Below, piece after piece: positions 1 to 9,600 of a DNA stretch of 64,000 nucleotides. The position numbers and the translations under genes were made by a program. The stretch spans positions 5,766,001 to 5,830,000 of the forward strand of contig OZ024765.1 of assembly GCA_964016885.1 (NCBI GenBank), read 5' to 3'. Every line of letters begins with the position of its first letter. The first letter of the stretch is position 1. A model generated the notes under the pieces. It ran no database searches. It was given only the letters and a program-made list of their open reading frames with translations, and was not told the DNA's origin. The stretch is from Eledone cirrhosa. Lineage: Eukaryota.

Positions 1-153
1 GAAAACAATAAAAATATTATTAATAAATAATAATAATTTCATTTCATATTATCATTAAATTGTTTGTCTATTTTTATTGTAAACATAAAATATACTAATA
101 TATATATACATTCATACATATACATCGATACATTCTGTGAGTATGTCTTACTT

Positions 154-280
154 AGGCAAAAGTCAAGTAATTTGCGGGGAGGAACCAATCCGTTAAATTG
201 ATCCCAGTACATGACTGGTACTATAAGTTATATGCTCCAAAATCATAAAATTATGGGTTAATCTAAACACTGAGAACACA
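154..280 (-). mobile_element. Degenerate octopus-type SINE remnant (once per unit)
   Basis: GGCAAAAGTCAAGTAATTTGCGGGGAGG...TTGATCCCAGTACATGACTGGTACT resembles the antisense body of the abundant octopus tRNA-derived SINE as I recall it (...ATCGACCCCAGT...ACTGGTACT...). Recognised from memory, not from a database search. Confidence 0.55.
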
Positions 281-679
281 AAGGTGGGGTAAAATTATTT
301 AAAAATTGAGGTTTTAATATTTTATCTTTTATTTACAAATTATATGTCTTGGTGTCATATTTAAGGATATAATGTAGTTATTGGTGGAAATAATATAATA
401 TGTGATGAAGAGGTGTATATAACTGTGGATATAGAATTGTTTTAATCATTATTTTTAACGGACGAAAAAACTACATAATGACTTCTAGTCGGAGTTACGG
501 GAAATTACGGCAAAGACCCTCCATGAAGGTTCAAATATTACACATTATCTATATATAGGAATCGGGCTAAACAATTTACGGGCACGTCGCTCTAAGTTGG
601 AATATTTTTCACACACACAGACACGGGAGTTAGGTATGGCATATTTCAAATAAGAGAACATTATTACAGACGGAGTCAT

Positions 680-815
680 TGTAGGTTGAAATCATTGTTA
701 GACCGATCAGAAAGAAAATGGATATTTAATTCATGAAAAAACCTGAAGTGTGAAAGACAGAGTCGACCCTTTCTAGTAACAACACTAAGAAACCCATGAA
801 CGCCACCACGTCCTA
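680..815 (-). mobile_element. Probable SINE-derived remnant, inverted paralog of 2843-2975 (once per unit)
   Basis: ...TGAAAGACAGAGTCGACC resembles the recalled SINE motif TGAAAGGCAAAGTCGACC. It aligns to the reverse complement of 2843-2975 (CCATGAACGCCACCACGTC vs CCATGAACGCCAGCACATC). Confidence 0.45.
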
Positions 816-1097
816 AATCTAACTCTGCGATCGTCATATCAAATCGAAATACTTCACCAACTGTGGAAGATGAAGGATTGAAGAACTATGATATATAGCG
901 AAGAGGCTTGTCTCCAGAACATTTAGTAAGGTGTAAGCCAAGGGTTGCCAAATATTTTGGCGTCATTTCCCACATTCACATGAAAAAATGTTCCACCAGC
1001 CACCTGTATAGTAAATATTTCAAAGTATACCAAATATGTTTCGTAAATGTTTGTTCCTGGTTTAATTTTCCCAATTAGCTTCCTGATTTTTATTCAG

Positions 1098-1259
1098 GTT
1101 CTTTGCATATATTCCTTGAATAGGTTTTCGGGTAGCATACCTTCTTAAATCTCAAAATTCTATATCGGCCACCAAAGTTTCCAATGGCCCTCAATTTTCT
1201 GTTCAGCTGCTCATCGCCCACCCAACAGTTGAAACCGCCCAGTTGAGGAACCCCTGTGG
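1098..1259 (+). other. Putative internal exon of a spliced, probably non-coding or pseudogenised transcript (module B, once per unit)
   Basis: Acceptor TGATTTTTATTCAG|G at 1097/1098 (alternative TTTTCTGTTCAG| at 1206/1207) and donor TGTGG|GTAAGC at 1259/1260. GC-richer than the flanks. No long ORF. Confidence 0.4.
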
Positions 1260-1748
1260 GTAAGCTACCTCGAATGATGCTATATATTAATCGAGAGGAG
1301 GAGGTGACTATTATAATTTTTATAAGTAATAATCTTTTAAAGACAAGAGGAAAAAATTCATCATTAAAATCATAAATATATGTCTACAGAATACAGATTA
1401 TCAAAATGAAATTAAAAGCAAGTAAATCAGGGGCCACTAAACTTTACATATTTAGTTTTATTTCTATCGTGAAAAATGTTGATCTTCAGATATTAGATTA
1501 TGGCGGCTGTAATTGTCTTTGTGTTTACGTGTTTGTTTGAAATCCTATTTTAATGTTCGTCTCTCTTTAAACATCGTTTATAGTTTGTTAAAATTAATTT
1601 TAGATTATTCGTACCTCGTCTGTGTGGTTTATTTTGATGTAGCGTCCCTGTCTTGTTTATTTTTGGTTACATTTTAAATGTGAAATACAGGAACATCAGA
1701 CATTAAAATGAAATGTTACGTAAAACACACACCTTGTGTTTATTCCAG

Positions 1749-1950
1749 GTATTTAGATAGATGTCCAGATGTCCACTGACAACAAAATAATACAATCATC
1801 CAGTGAAACTTGGTAATAATCCAGGTTCGTTGAATGTCACCATTCCCAGTAAACAATGGTTAGAAAGAATCAAAAACAAAAACAAAAGACGTATTCAGCA
1901 GTTAATGAAGTGAAAACAAAATAAAAACAACTTTACTGAATAAAATTCAT
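1749..1950 (+). other. Putative terminal exon B with poly(A) signal (once per unit)
   Basis: Acceptor CCTTGTGTTTATTCCAG|G at 1748/1749, AATAAA at 1919 and 1939, T-rich downstream tract. Paralogous to 4428-4625, with similarity beginning at the polypyrimidine tract. Confidence 0.45.
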
Positions 1951-2106
1951 TTCTTAATTTCAATAAGGTTTTTTGTTCTTTCTTTTATAAAAAAAATAAA
2001 TTTTAATTAAAATATGTTGAATATAATATGGGACATTACTACAAAGTACAGCATTATTAGTTCAAATCTTACTTAATAAAAGAAACAAATACGCAGTTAT
2101 TAGTAT

Positions 2107-2182
2107 AAAACCTAACGGAAATCGAACCCTAAATCAGGATCTCCACCGTCTCTAGTGCTTACCATTAGGCCACAGGGACGGT
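2107..2182 (-). ncRNA. Pol III-type tRNA-like small RNA gene, copy 1 (once per unit)
   Basis: Minus strand ACCGTCCCTGTGGCCTAATGGTAAGCACTAGAGACGGTGGAGATCCTGATTTAGGGTTCGATTTCCGTTAGGTTTT: A-box TGGCCTAATGG, B-box-like GGTTCGATTTCC at tRNA spacing, T4 terminator. Confidence 0.6.
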
Positions 2183-2219
2183 TACAAAAATTTTTTGAAA
2201 ATTAGTATTTACTTACCTA

Positions 2220-2394
2220 TACTAGAAAAAACCGGAAGTGGAGAAAATTGAAAAACTTCTTCTTTTTCTTCCTCTGATTTTTGCCACGAACGATAACTCG
2301 TCTCTGACTTAAATCCAAATTTTGGATAAAAAAAAATCAGAGGAAGAAAAAGAAGATGTTTTTCAATTTTCTCCACTTCCGGTTTTTTCTAGTA
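2220..2394. repeat. Near-perfect inverted repeat: 63-bp arms (2220-2282, 2332-2394), 49-bp spacer, one mismatch
   Basis: TACTAGAAAAAACCGGAAGTGGAGAAAATTGAAAAACTTCTTCTTTTTCTTCCTCTGATTTTT matches the reverse complement of 2332-2394 at 62/63 positions. Present in all 13 full units (ACTAG at 2221, 6787, 11876, 16928, 21683, 26319, 30903, 35486, 40070, 44640, 49211, 53799, 58382). Confidence 0.97.
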
Positions 2395-2441
2395 ATGAAA
2401 AAGTAGGTTTATAAATATCAATTTTTAAGTAAGTTTCTGTA

Positions 2442-2532
2442 ACCGTCCCTTTAGCCTAGTGGTAAGTATAAGAGCCGGTGGAGGTCCAGGTCCGGGGTTC
2501 AATCACTGGCAGTGTGTCGTATTATATTTTTT
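2442..2532 (+). ncRNA. Pol III-type tRNA-like small RNA gene, copy 2 (once per unit)
   Basis: ACCGTCCCTTTAGCCTAGTGGTAAGTATAAGAGCCGGTGGAGGTCCAGGTCCGGGGTTCAATCACTGG...: A-box TAGCCTAGTGG, B-box-like GGTTCAATC, TATAAATA at 2410, T6 at 2527-2532. Confidence 0.6.
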
Positions 2533-2595
2533 ATAGTATAAAACAAAAATAAAAAAGTAACTTTATAAATATTAATTTTCACACTGTTTTTATAT

Positions 2596-2692
2596 CTGTC
2601 TCCGTTGCCTAATGGTAGGTATTAGAGACGGTGGAGAACCTGCTCTGGGTTTCGATTTCAGTCAAAGTCTATAGATAATAATTTCATTTTTT
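2596..2692 (+). ncRNA. Pol III-type tRNA-like small RNA gene, copy 3 (once per unit)
   Basis: CTGTCTCCGTTGCCTAATGGTAGGTATTAGAGACGGTGGAGAACCTGCTCTGGGTTTCGATTTCAG...: A-box T(T/G)GCCTAATGG (TGGCC in units 2-6), TTCGA loop, TATAAATA at 2564, T6 at 2687-2692. Confidence 0.55.
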
Positions 2693-2704
2693 ACTTTACT
2701 AGAG

Positions 2705-2792
2705 AAAAATATATAGTACAGATTCGGACTGAGATTGAACACCACATCAGTGTCTACATAGTCTCTAACACCTACCAAACAGATACAAGAAC
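2705..2792 (-). ncRNA. Diverged Pol III-type tRNA-like element, copy 4 (A-box damaged; possibly pseudogene)
   Basis: Minus strand ...GTTCTTGTATCTGTTTGGTAGGTGTTAGAGACTATGTAGACACTGATGTGGTGTTCAATCTCAG...TTTTT. Upstream AAAAGTAGGTTTATAAATAT (revcomp of 2807-2826) is identical to the copy-2 upstream sequence. About 13 nt shorter between TATA and TGGTA. Confidence 0.45.
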
Positions 2793-2842
2793 ATAAGAAA
2801 AAATTAATATTTATAAACCTACTTTTAATTTCCAAGCAAAAT

Positions 2843-2975
2843 AGATGTGCTGGCGTTCATGGCTTTCTCATTGTTATTTCTACTATAATCGGGTCAATGT
2901 TTACATTTATTCTTCTGGGGCTTTCATAAAATATATTTTCACTTTCTTTCGGGTTCATTAGATCCTACAACCAGA
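2843..2975 (+). mobile_element. Probable SINE-derived remnant, inverted paralog of 680-815, followed by (GT)n at 3032-3053
   Basis: The reverse complement aligns with 680-815 (GAAAGAAAGTGAAAATATATTTTATGAAAG vs GAAAGAAAATGGATATTTAATTCATGAAAA). Both lie next to a CA/GT tract. Confidence 0.45.
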
Positions 2976-3430
2976 TGATCTACAGGGACCTTCTTCATGG
3001 TCATAGCTGATTATTAAATATATACGGGAGAGTGTGTGTGTGTGTGTGTGTGTATTAGATCTTGCCGTGATGTACTCAGCAATAATGGTTTTCAATTCCG
3101 TCGTCCCTCCATCCTTGGTGTGTATATAAATATATATGTGATTTTAACGTACAACGGCGACAATATATAAATTTGTTTTGTTTGATAATAATTAGATAAA
3201 GCTAATTCTACAACCCCTGTTAAACATTGAAACCACGACTATAAAATATAGCAACAACCACGACATAACAGTCTCTGGTTAAATATGATTTAATGAAATT
3301 ATTGCTAGAGATTGATCCCTAATATTTTATCTCACTCCTTAACCAGGGAGGAAAGGTCCTCAGACTCGGACAATGTTGATAAGGAGAGCAGAGTGTATCC
3401 TTATTTGTCACGTCTTTCCAGTTGTCACGG

Positions 3431-3445
3431 TATATAAAAGGCAGT
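3431..3445 (+). promoter_or_regulatory. Canonical TATA box (once per unit)
   Basis: GG-TATATAAAAG-GCAG in a locally GC-richer context. TTGTCACG occurs twice just upstream (3405, 3422). Inr-like TCAGTT at 3475 and a possible donor AAG|GTCGTG at 3504/3505. Confidence 0.5.
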
Positions 3446-3579
3446 AGTACTAGTCACTCCTGCGAAAGACGTTGTCAGTTAGCCTTCTGTAACGAGAGAA
3501 GAAGGTCGTGGCTTTTTTTTCCTCCCTATCACATAATTCATACATTTGTCATCCTTTAGATATCAATATACAAGAGAAA

Positions 3580-4335
3580 GAAGAAAATTGAGAACTTCGA
3601 TCTTTTAAAAGTAACATTTATTACATTAGAGCAAAATCTTGCATTAACAATATTTTGTGAGGCTAAAACATGGAATGGACAAAGAGATTATTAGAAGAAG
3701 GGCAATTGTCTCTATCTTAAACGTCAATACATTCTACAGAAAATCGAAATGAGAATAATTACAGAGATACTTTACAAAATGTTTCGCGATATGGTTCAAG
3801 TTATTTTGTAGTAATATGCAGCTATATTTATACATGTCTCTTATACCCCTCCACGAGGAATTGTGAATATGTATGAATATGATTTTAAAGATGGCTAAAC
3901 ATGTTGAAGAAAAAAAAGGAATTCAGATGATAGGAATAATAAAACATTCCTTTGCCTAGCTAAATGTCGAGAGGTCTAAAACACTAGTTGAATGATATGT
4001 GTGATACGACCTAGAATATTGTTTTGGGGCATGGTCAGACGACTTCAGAAAATACGGAGAAGCTATTGAAGGAATCCAGAAAAGAACAAAACAGAAAACA
4101 CCAGAATTATTAAGAAATCTGTCTTCTGAAGAAAGATGTTAAACTTTAGGGATTGCAAATTTAGAGGAGATAAATCTAAGAGGGTGGGGGGGACATGATA
4201 GAAATATATATTTAAAGGACTAATATTTAAATAGTAGTACACTATTCCAATGTAAAGCTCTGAATAACTATATCTTTCGGGGAGATATATCAAACGAGTG
4301 ACATGATAGAAATATTTAAAATAATGAAAAGACTA
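3580..4335 (+). mobile_element. Decayed CR1/L2-type non-LTR retrotransposon ORF2 C-terminal fragment (once per unit)
   Basis: One frame from ~3894 reads AKHVEEKKGIQMIGIIKHSFA*LNVERSKTLVE*YV*YDLEYCFGAWSDDFRKYGEAIEGIQKRTKQKTPELLRNLSSEERC*TLGIANLEEINLRG..DMIEI(FKIMK). This matches the CR1 post-RT signature (RPHLEYC..AWSP...LE.VQRRATK.IP.LR.LSYEERL..L.L.SLE.RRLRGDMIE.FKI). Several stops. The 5' boundary is approximate. Confidence 0.85.
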
Positions 4336-4427
4336 CAATATACAGTATTGCAGAAGTAAATGAAAATATAAGAAGACATCACCATTGAACTGCAGATGAA
4401 AGTCAGTACTCTTTACATTTATCCCAG

Positions 4428-4625
4428 GTATATAGAAAGCTATCCTGATGTCCACTGATTGAAATATAAAACAATAAAGAAACACCACAATCCAGTAAAC
4501 CTTAGTAATAATCCAATTAAGCCGCCATTTACAGTAGAAAATAGTAAGAAAAACAAAGTCACACTCAGAAGTTAATGCAGTGAAAACAATAAAAATATTA
4601 TTAATAAATAATAATAATTTCATTT
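4428..4625 (+). other. Putative terminal exon A with poly(A) signal (once per unit; extra copies in units 2-4)
   Basis: Acceptor CTCTTTACATTTATCCCAG|G at 4427/4428, AATAAA at 4588 and 4603, GT/T-rich downstream tract. Paralog of 1749-1950. Confidence 0.45.
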
Positions 4626-7600
4626 CATATTATCATTAAATTGTTTGTCTATTTTTATTGTAAACATAAAATATACTAATATATATATACATTCATACAT
4701 ATACATCGATACATTCTGTGAGTATGTCTTACTTAGGCAAAAGTCAAGTAATTTGCGGGGAGGAACCAATCCGTTAAATTGATCCCAGTACATGACTGGT
4801 ACTATAAGTTATATGCTCCAAAATCATAAAATTATGGGTTAATCTAAACACTGAGAACACAAAGGTGGGGTAAAATTATTTAAAAATTGAGGTTTTAATA
4901 TTTTATCTTTTATTTACAAATTATATGTCTTGGTGTCATATTTAAGGATATAATGTAGTTATTGGTGGAAATAATATAATATGTGATGAAGAGGTGTATA
5001 TAACTGTGGATATAGAATTGTTTTAATCATTATTTTTAACGGACGAAAAAACTACATAATGACTTCTAGTCGGAGTTACGGGAAATTACGGCAAAGACCC
5101 TCCATGAAGGTTCAAATATTACACATTATCTATATATAGGAATCGGGCTAAACAATTTACGGGCACGTCGCTCTAAGTTGGAATATTTTTCACACACACA
5201 GACACGGGAGTTAGGTATGGCATATTTCAAATAAGAGAACATTATTACAGACGGAGTCATTGTAGGTTGAAATCATTGTTAGACCGATCAGAAAGAAAAT
5301 GGATATTTAATTCATGAAAAAACCTGAAGTGTGAAAGACAGAGTCGACCCTTTCTAGTAACAACACTAAGAAACCCATGAACGCCACCACGTCCTAAATC
5401 TAACTCTGCGATCGTCATATCAAATCGAAATACTTCACCAACTGTGGAAGATGAAGGATTGAAGAACTATGATATATAGCGAAGAGGCTTGTCTCCAGAA
5501 CATTTAGTAAGGTGTAAGCCAAGGGTTGCCAAATATTTTGGCGTCATTTCCCACATTCACATGAAAAAATGTTCCACCAGCCACCTGTATAGTAAATATT
5601 TCAAAGTATACCAAATATGTTTCGTAAATGTTTGTTCCTGGTTTAATTTTCCCAATTAGCTTCCTGATTTTTATTCAGGTTCTTTGCATATATTCCTTGA
5701 ATAGGTTTTCGGGTAGCATACCTTCTTAAATCTCAAAATTCTATATCGGCCACCAAAGTTTCCAATGGCCCTCAATTTTCTGTTCAGCTGCTCATCGCCC
5801 ACCCAACAGTTGAAACCGCCCAGTTGAGGAACCCCTGTGGGTAAGCTACCTCGAATGATGCTATATATTAATCGAGAGGAGGAGGTGACTATTATAATTT
5901 TTATAAGTAATAATCTTTTAAAGACAAGAGGAAAAAATTCATCATTAAAATCATAAATATATGTCTACAGAATACAGATTATCAAAATGAAATTAAAAGC
6001 AAGTAAATCAGGGGCCACTAAACTTTACATATTTAGTTTTATTTCTATCGTGAAAAATGTTGATCTTCAGATATTAGATTATGGCGGCTGTAATTGTCTT
6101 TGTGTTTACGTGTTTGTTTGAAATCCTATTTTAATGTTCGTCTCTCTTTAAACATCGTTTATAGTTTGTTAAAATTAATTTTAGATTATTCGTACCTCGT
6201 CTGTGTGGTTTATTTTGATGTAGCGTCCCTGTCTTGTTTATTTTTGGTTACATTTTAAATGTGAAATACAGGAACATCAGACATTAAAATGAAATGTTAC
6301 GTAAAACACACACCTTGTGTTTATTCCAGGTATTTAGATAGATGTCCAGATGTCCACTGACAACAAAATAATACAATCATCCAGTGAAACTTGGTAATAA
6401 TCCAGGTTCGTTGCAGTCACCATTCACAGTAAACAATGGTTAGAAAGAATCAAAAACAAAAACAAAAGACGTATTCAGCAGTTAATGAAGTGAAAACAAA
6501 ATAAAAACAACTTTACTGAATAAAATTCATTTCTTAATTTCAATAAGGTTTTTTGTTCTTTCTTTTATAAAAAAAATAAATTTTAATTATAATATGGGAC
6601 ATTACTACAAAGTACAGCATTATTAGTTCAAATCTTACTTAATAAAAGAAACAAATACGCAGTTATTAGTATAAAACCTAACGGAAATCGAACCCTAAAT
6701 CAGGATCTCCACCGTCTCTAGTGCTTACCATTAGGCCACAGGGACGGTTACAAAAATTTTTTGAAAATTAGTATTTACTTACCTATACTAGAAAAAACCG
6801 GAAGTGGAGAAAATTGAAAAACTTCTTCTTTTTCTTCCTCTGATTTTTGCCACGAACGATAACTCGTCTCTGACTTAAATCCAAATTTTGGATAAAAAAA
6901 AATCAGAGGAAGAAAAAGAAGATGTTTTTCAATTTTCTCCACTTCCGGTTTTTTCTAGTAATGAAAAAGTAGGTTTATAAATATCAATTTTTAAGTAAGT
7001 TTCTGTAACCGTCCCTTTAGCCTAGTGGTAAGTATAAGAGCCGGTGGAGGTCCAGGTCCGGGGTTCAATCACTGGCAGTGTGTCGTATTATATTTTTTAT
7101 AGTATAAAACAAAAATTAAAAAGTAACTTTATAAATATTAATTTTCACACTGTTTTTATATCGGTCTCCGTGGCCTAATGGTAGGTATTAGAGACGGTGG
7201 AGAACCTGCTCTGGGTTTCGATTTTAGTCAAAGTCTATAGATAATAATTTCATTTTTTACTTTACTAGAGAAAAATTTAAATTTAAAAATATATAGTACA
7301 GATTCGGACTGAGATTGAACACCACATCAGTGTCTACATAGTCTCTAACACCTACCAAACAGATACAAGAACATAAGAAAAAATTAATATTTATAAACCT
7401 ACTTTTAATTTCCAAGCAAAATAGATGTGCTGGCGTTCATGGCTTTCTCATTGTTATTTCTACTATAATCGGGTCAATGTTTACATTTATTCTTCTGGGG
7501 CTTTCATAAAATATATTTTCACTTTCTTTCGGGTTCATTAGATCCTACAACCAGATGATCTACAGGGACCTTCTTCATGGTCATAGCTGATTATTAAATA

Positions 7601-9183
7601 TATACGGGAGAGTGTGTGTGTGTGTGTGTGTATTAGATCTTGCCGTGATGTACTCAGCAATAATGGTTTTCAATTCCGTCGTCCCTCCATCCTTGGTGTG
7701 TATATAAATATATATGTGATTTTAACGTACAACGGCGACAATATATAAATCTGTTTCGTTTGATAATAATTAGATAAAGCTAATTCTACAACCCCTGTTA
7801 AACATTGAAACCACGACTATAAAATATAGCAACAACCACGACATAACAGTCTCTGGTTAAATATGATTTAATGAAATTATTGCTAGAGATTGATCCCTAA
7901 TATTTTATCTCACTCCTTAACCAGGGAGGAAAGGTCCTCAGACTCGGACAATGTTGATAAGGAGAGCAGAGTGTATCCTTATTTGTCACGTCTTTCCAGT
8001 TGTCACGGTATATAAAAGGCAGTAGTACTAGTCACTCCTGCGAAAGACGTTGTCAGTTAGCCTTCTGTAACGAGAGAAGAAGGTCGTGGCTTTTTTTCCT
8101 CCCTATCGCATAATTCATACATTTGTCATCCTTTAGATATCAATATACAAGAGAAAGAAGAAAATTGAGAACTTCGGTCTTTTAAAAGTAACATTTATTA
8201 CATTAGAGCAAAATCTTGCATTAACAATATTTTGTGAGACTAAACATGGAATGGATAAAGAGATTATTAGAAGAAGGGCAATTGTCTCTATCTTAAACGT
8301 CAATACATTCTACAGAAAATCGAAATGAGAATAATTACAGAGATACTTAAAAAAATGTTTCGCGATATGGTTCAAGTTATTTTGTAGTAATATGCAGCTA
8401 TATTTATACATGTCTCTTATACCCCTCCACGAGGAATTGTGAATATGTATGAATATGATTTTAAAGATGGCTAAACATGTTGAAGAAAAAAAAGGAATTC
8501 AGATGATAGGAATAATAAAACATTCCTTTGCCTAGCTAAATGTCGAGAGGTCTAAAACACTAGTTGAATGATATGTGTGATACGACCTAGAATATTGTTT
8601 TCGGGGATGGTCAGACGACTTCAGAAAATACGGAGAAGCTATTGAAGGAATCCAGAAAAGAACAAAACAGAAAACACCAGATTTATTAAGAAATCTGTCT
8701 TCTGAAGAAAGATGTTAAACTTTAGGGATTGCAAATTTAGAGGAGATAAATCTAAGAGGGTGGGGGGGACATGATAGAAATATATATTTAAAGGACTAAT
8801 ATTTAAATAGTAGTACACTATTCCAATGTAAAACTCTGAATAACTATATCTTTCGGGGAGATATATCAAACGAGTGACATGATAGAAATATTTAAAATAA
8901 TGAAAGGACTACAATATACAGTATTGCAGAAGTAAATGAAAATATAAGAAGACATCACCATTGAACTGCAGATGAAAGTCAGTACTCTTTACATTTATCC
9001 CAGGTATATAGAAAGCTATCCTGATGTCCACTGATTGAAATATAAAACAATAAAGAAACACCACAATCCAGTAAACCTTAGTAATAATCCAATTAAGCCG
9101 CCATTTACAGTAGAAAATAGTAAGAAAAACAAAGTCACACTCAGAAGTTAATGCAGTGAAAACAATAAAAATATTATTAATAA

Positions 9184-9600
9184 TAAAACAATAAAGAAAC
9201 ACCACAATCCAGTAAACCTTAGTAATAATCCAATTAAGCCGCCATTTACAGTAGAAAATAGTAAGAAAAACAAAGTCACACTCAGAAGTTAATGCAGTGA
9301 AAACAATAAAAATATTATTAATATTTAAAATAATGAAAGGACTACAATATACAGTATTGCAGAAGTAAATGAAAATATAAGAAGTCAGTACTCTTTACAT
9401 TTATCCCAGGTATATAGAAAGCTATCCTGATGTCCACTGATTGAAATATAAAACAATAAAGAAACACCACAATCCAGTAAACCTTAGTAATAATCCAATT
9501 AAGCCGCCATTTACATTAGAAAATGGTAAGAAAAACAAAGTCACACTCAGAAGTTAATGCAGTGAAAACAATAAAAATATTATTAATAAATAATAATAAT
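9184..9600. repeat. Local duplications of module A inside unit 2 (same structure at ~14274-14690 in unit 3; only the 141-bp copy at ~19326-19465 in unit 4)
   Basis: A 141-bp direct repeat (AAAACAATAAAGAAACACC...AATATTATTA) is followed by a re-initiated copy from ATATTTAAAATAATG carrying a 27-bp deletion. Confidence 0.92.

Noticed and set aside
626-900. TGA-readthrough (Trp/Sec) ORF, since this frame and its inverted paralog are broken mainly by TGA
   Set aside because: The frames of the two paralogs are not collinear, no recognisable protein results, and a SINE-derived origin explains the similarity.
2313-2327. Sm-binding site (AAATTTTGG) suggesting an snRNA or SL RNA
   Set aside because: It is part of a mini-palindrome in the hairpin spacer, with no accompanying snRNA or SL structure.
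2442-2518. Functional tRNA-His (GTG falls at the anticodon-equivalent position in copies 1-3)
   Set aside because: Acceptor, anticodon and T stems do not pair properly, the U33-equivalent is G, and the C61-equivalent is altered.
3345-3527. Hammerhead ribozyme (stem-GAAA-stem at 3460-3472; CTGAGGA on the minus strand)
   Set aside because: No CUGANGA at the required position on the + strand (TATAAAA instead), and no stem I / UH arrangement on the minus strand.
4063-4623. Repeated 76-98-aa minus-strand ORFs (MIYLPERY..., MKLLLFINN...) as protein genes
   Set aside because: They are antisense to the CR1 remnant and the A-rich module A, with F/I/L/Y-biased composition from T-rich DNA. The first is frameshifted by G-run length in many units. 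Their recurrence only reflects the tandem repeat.
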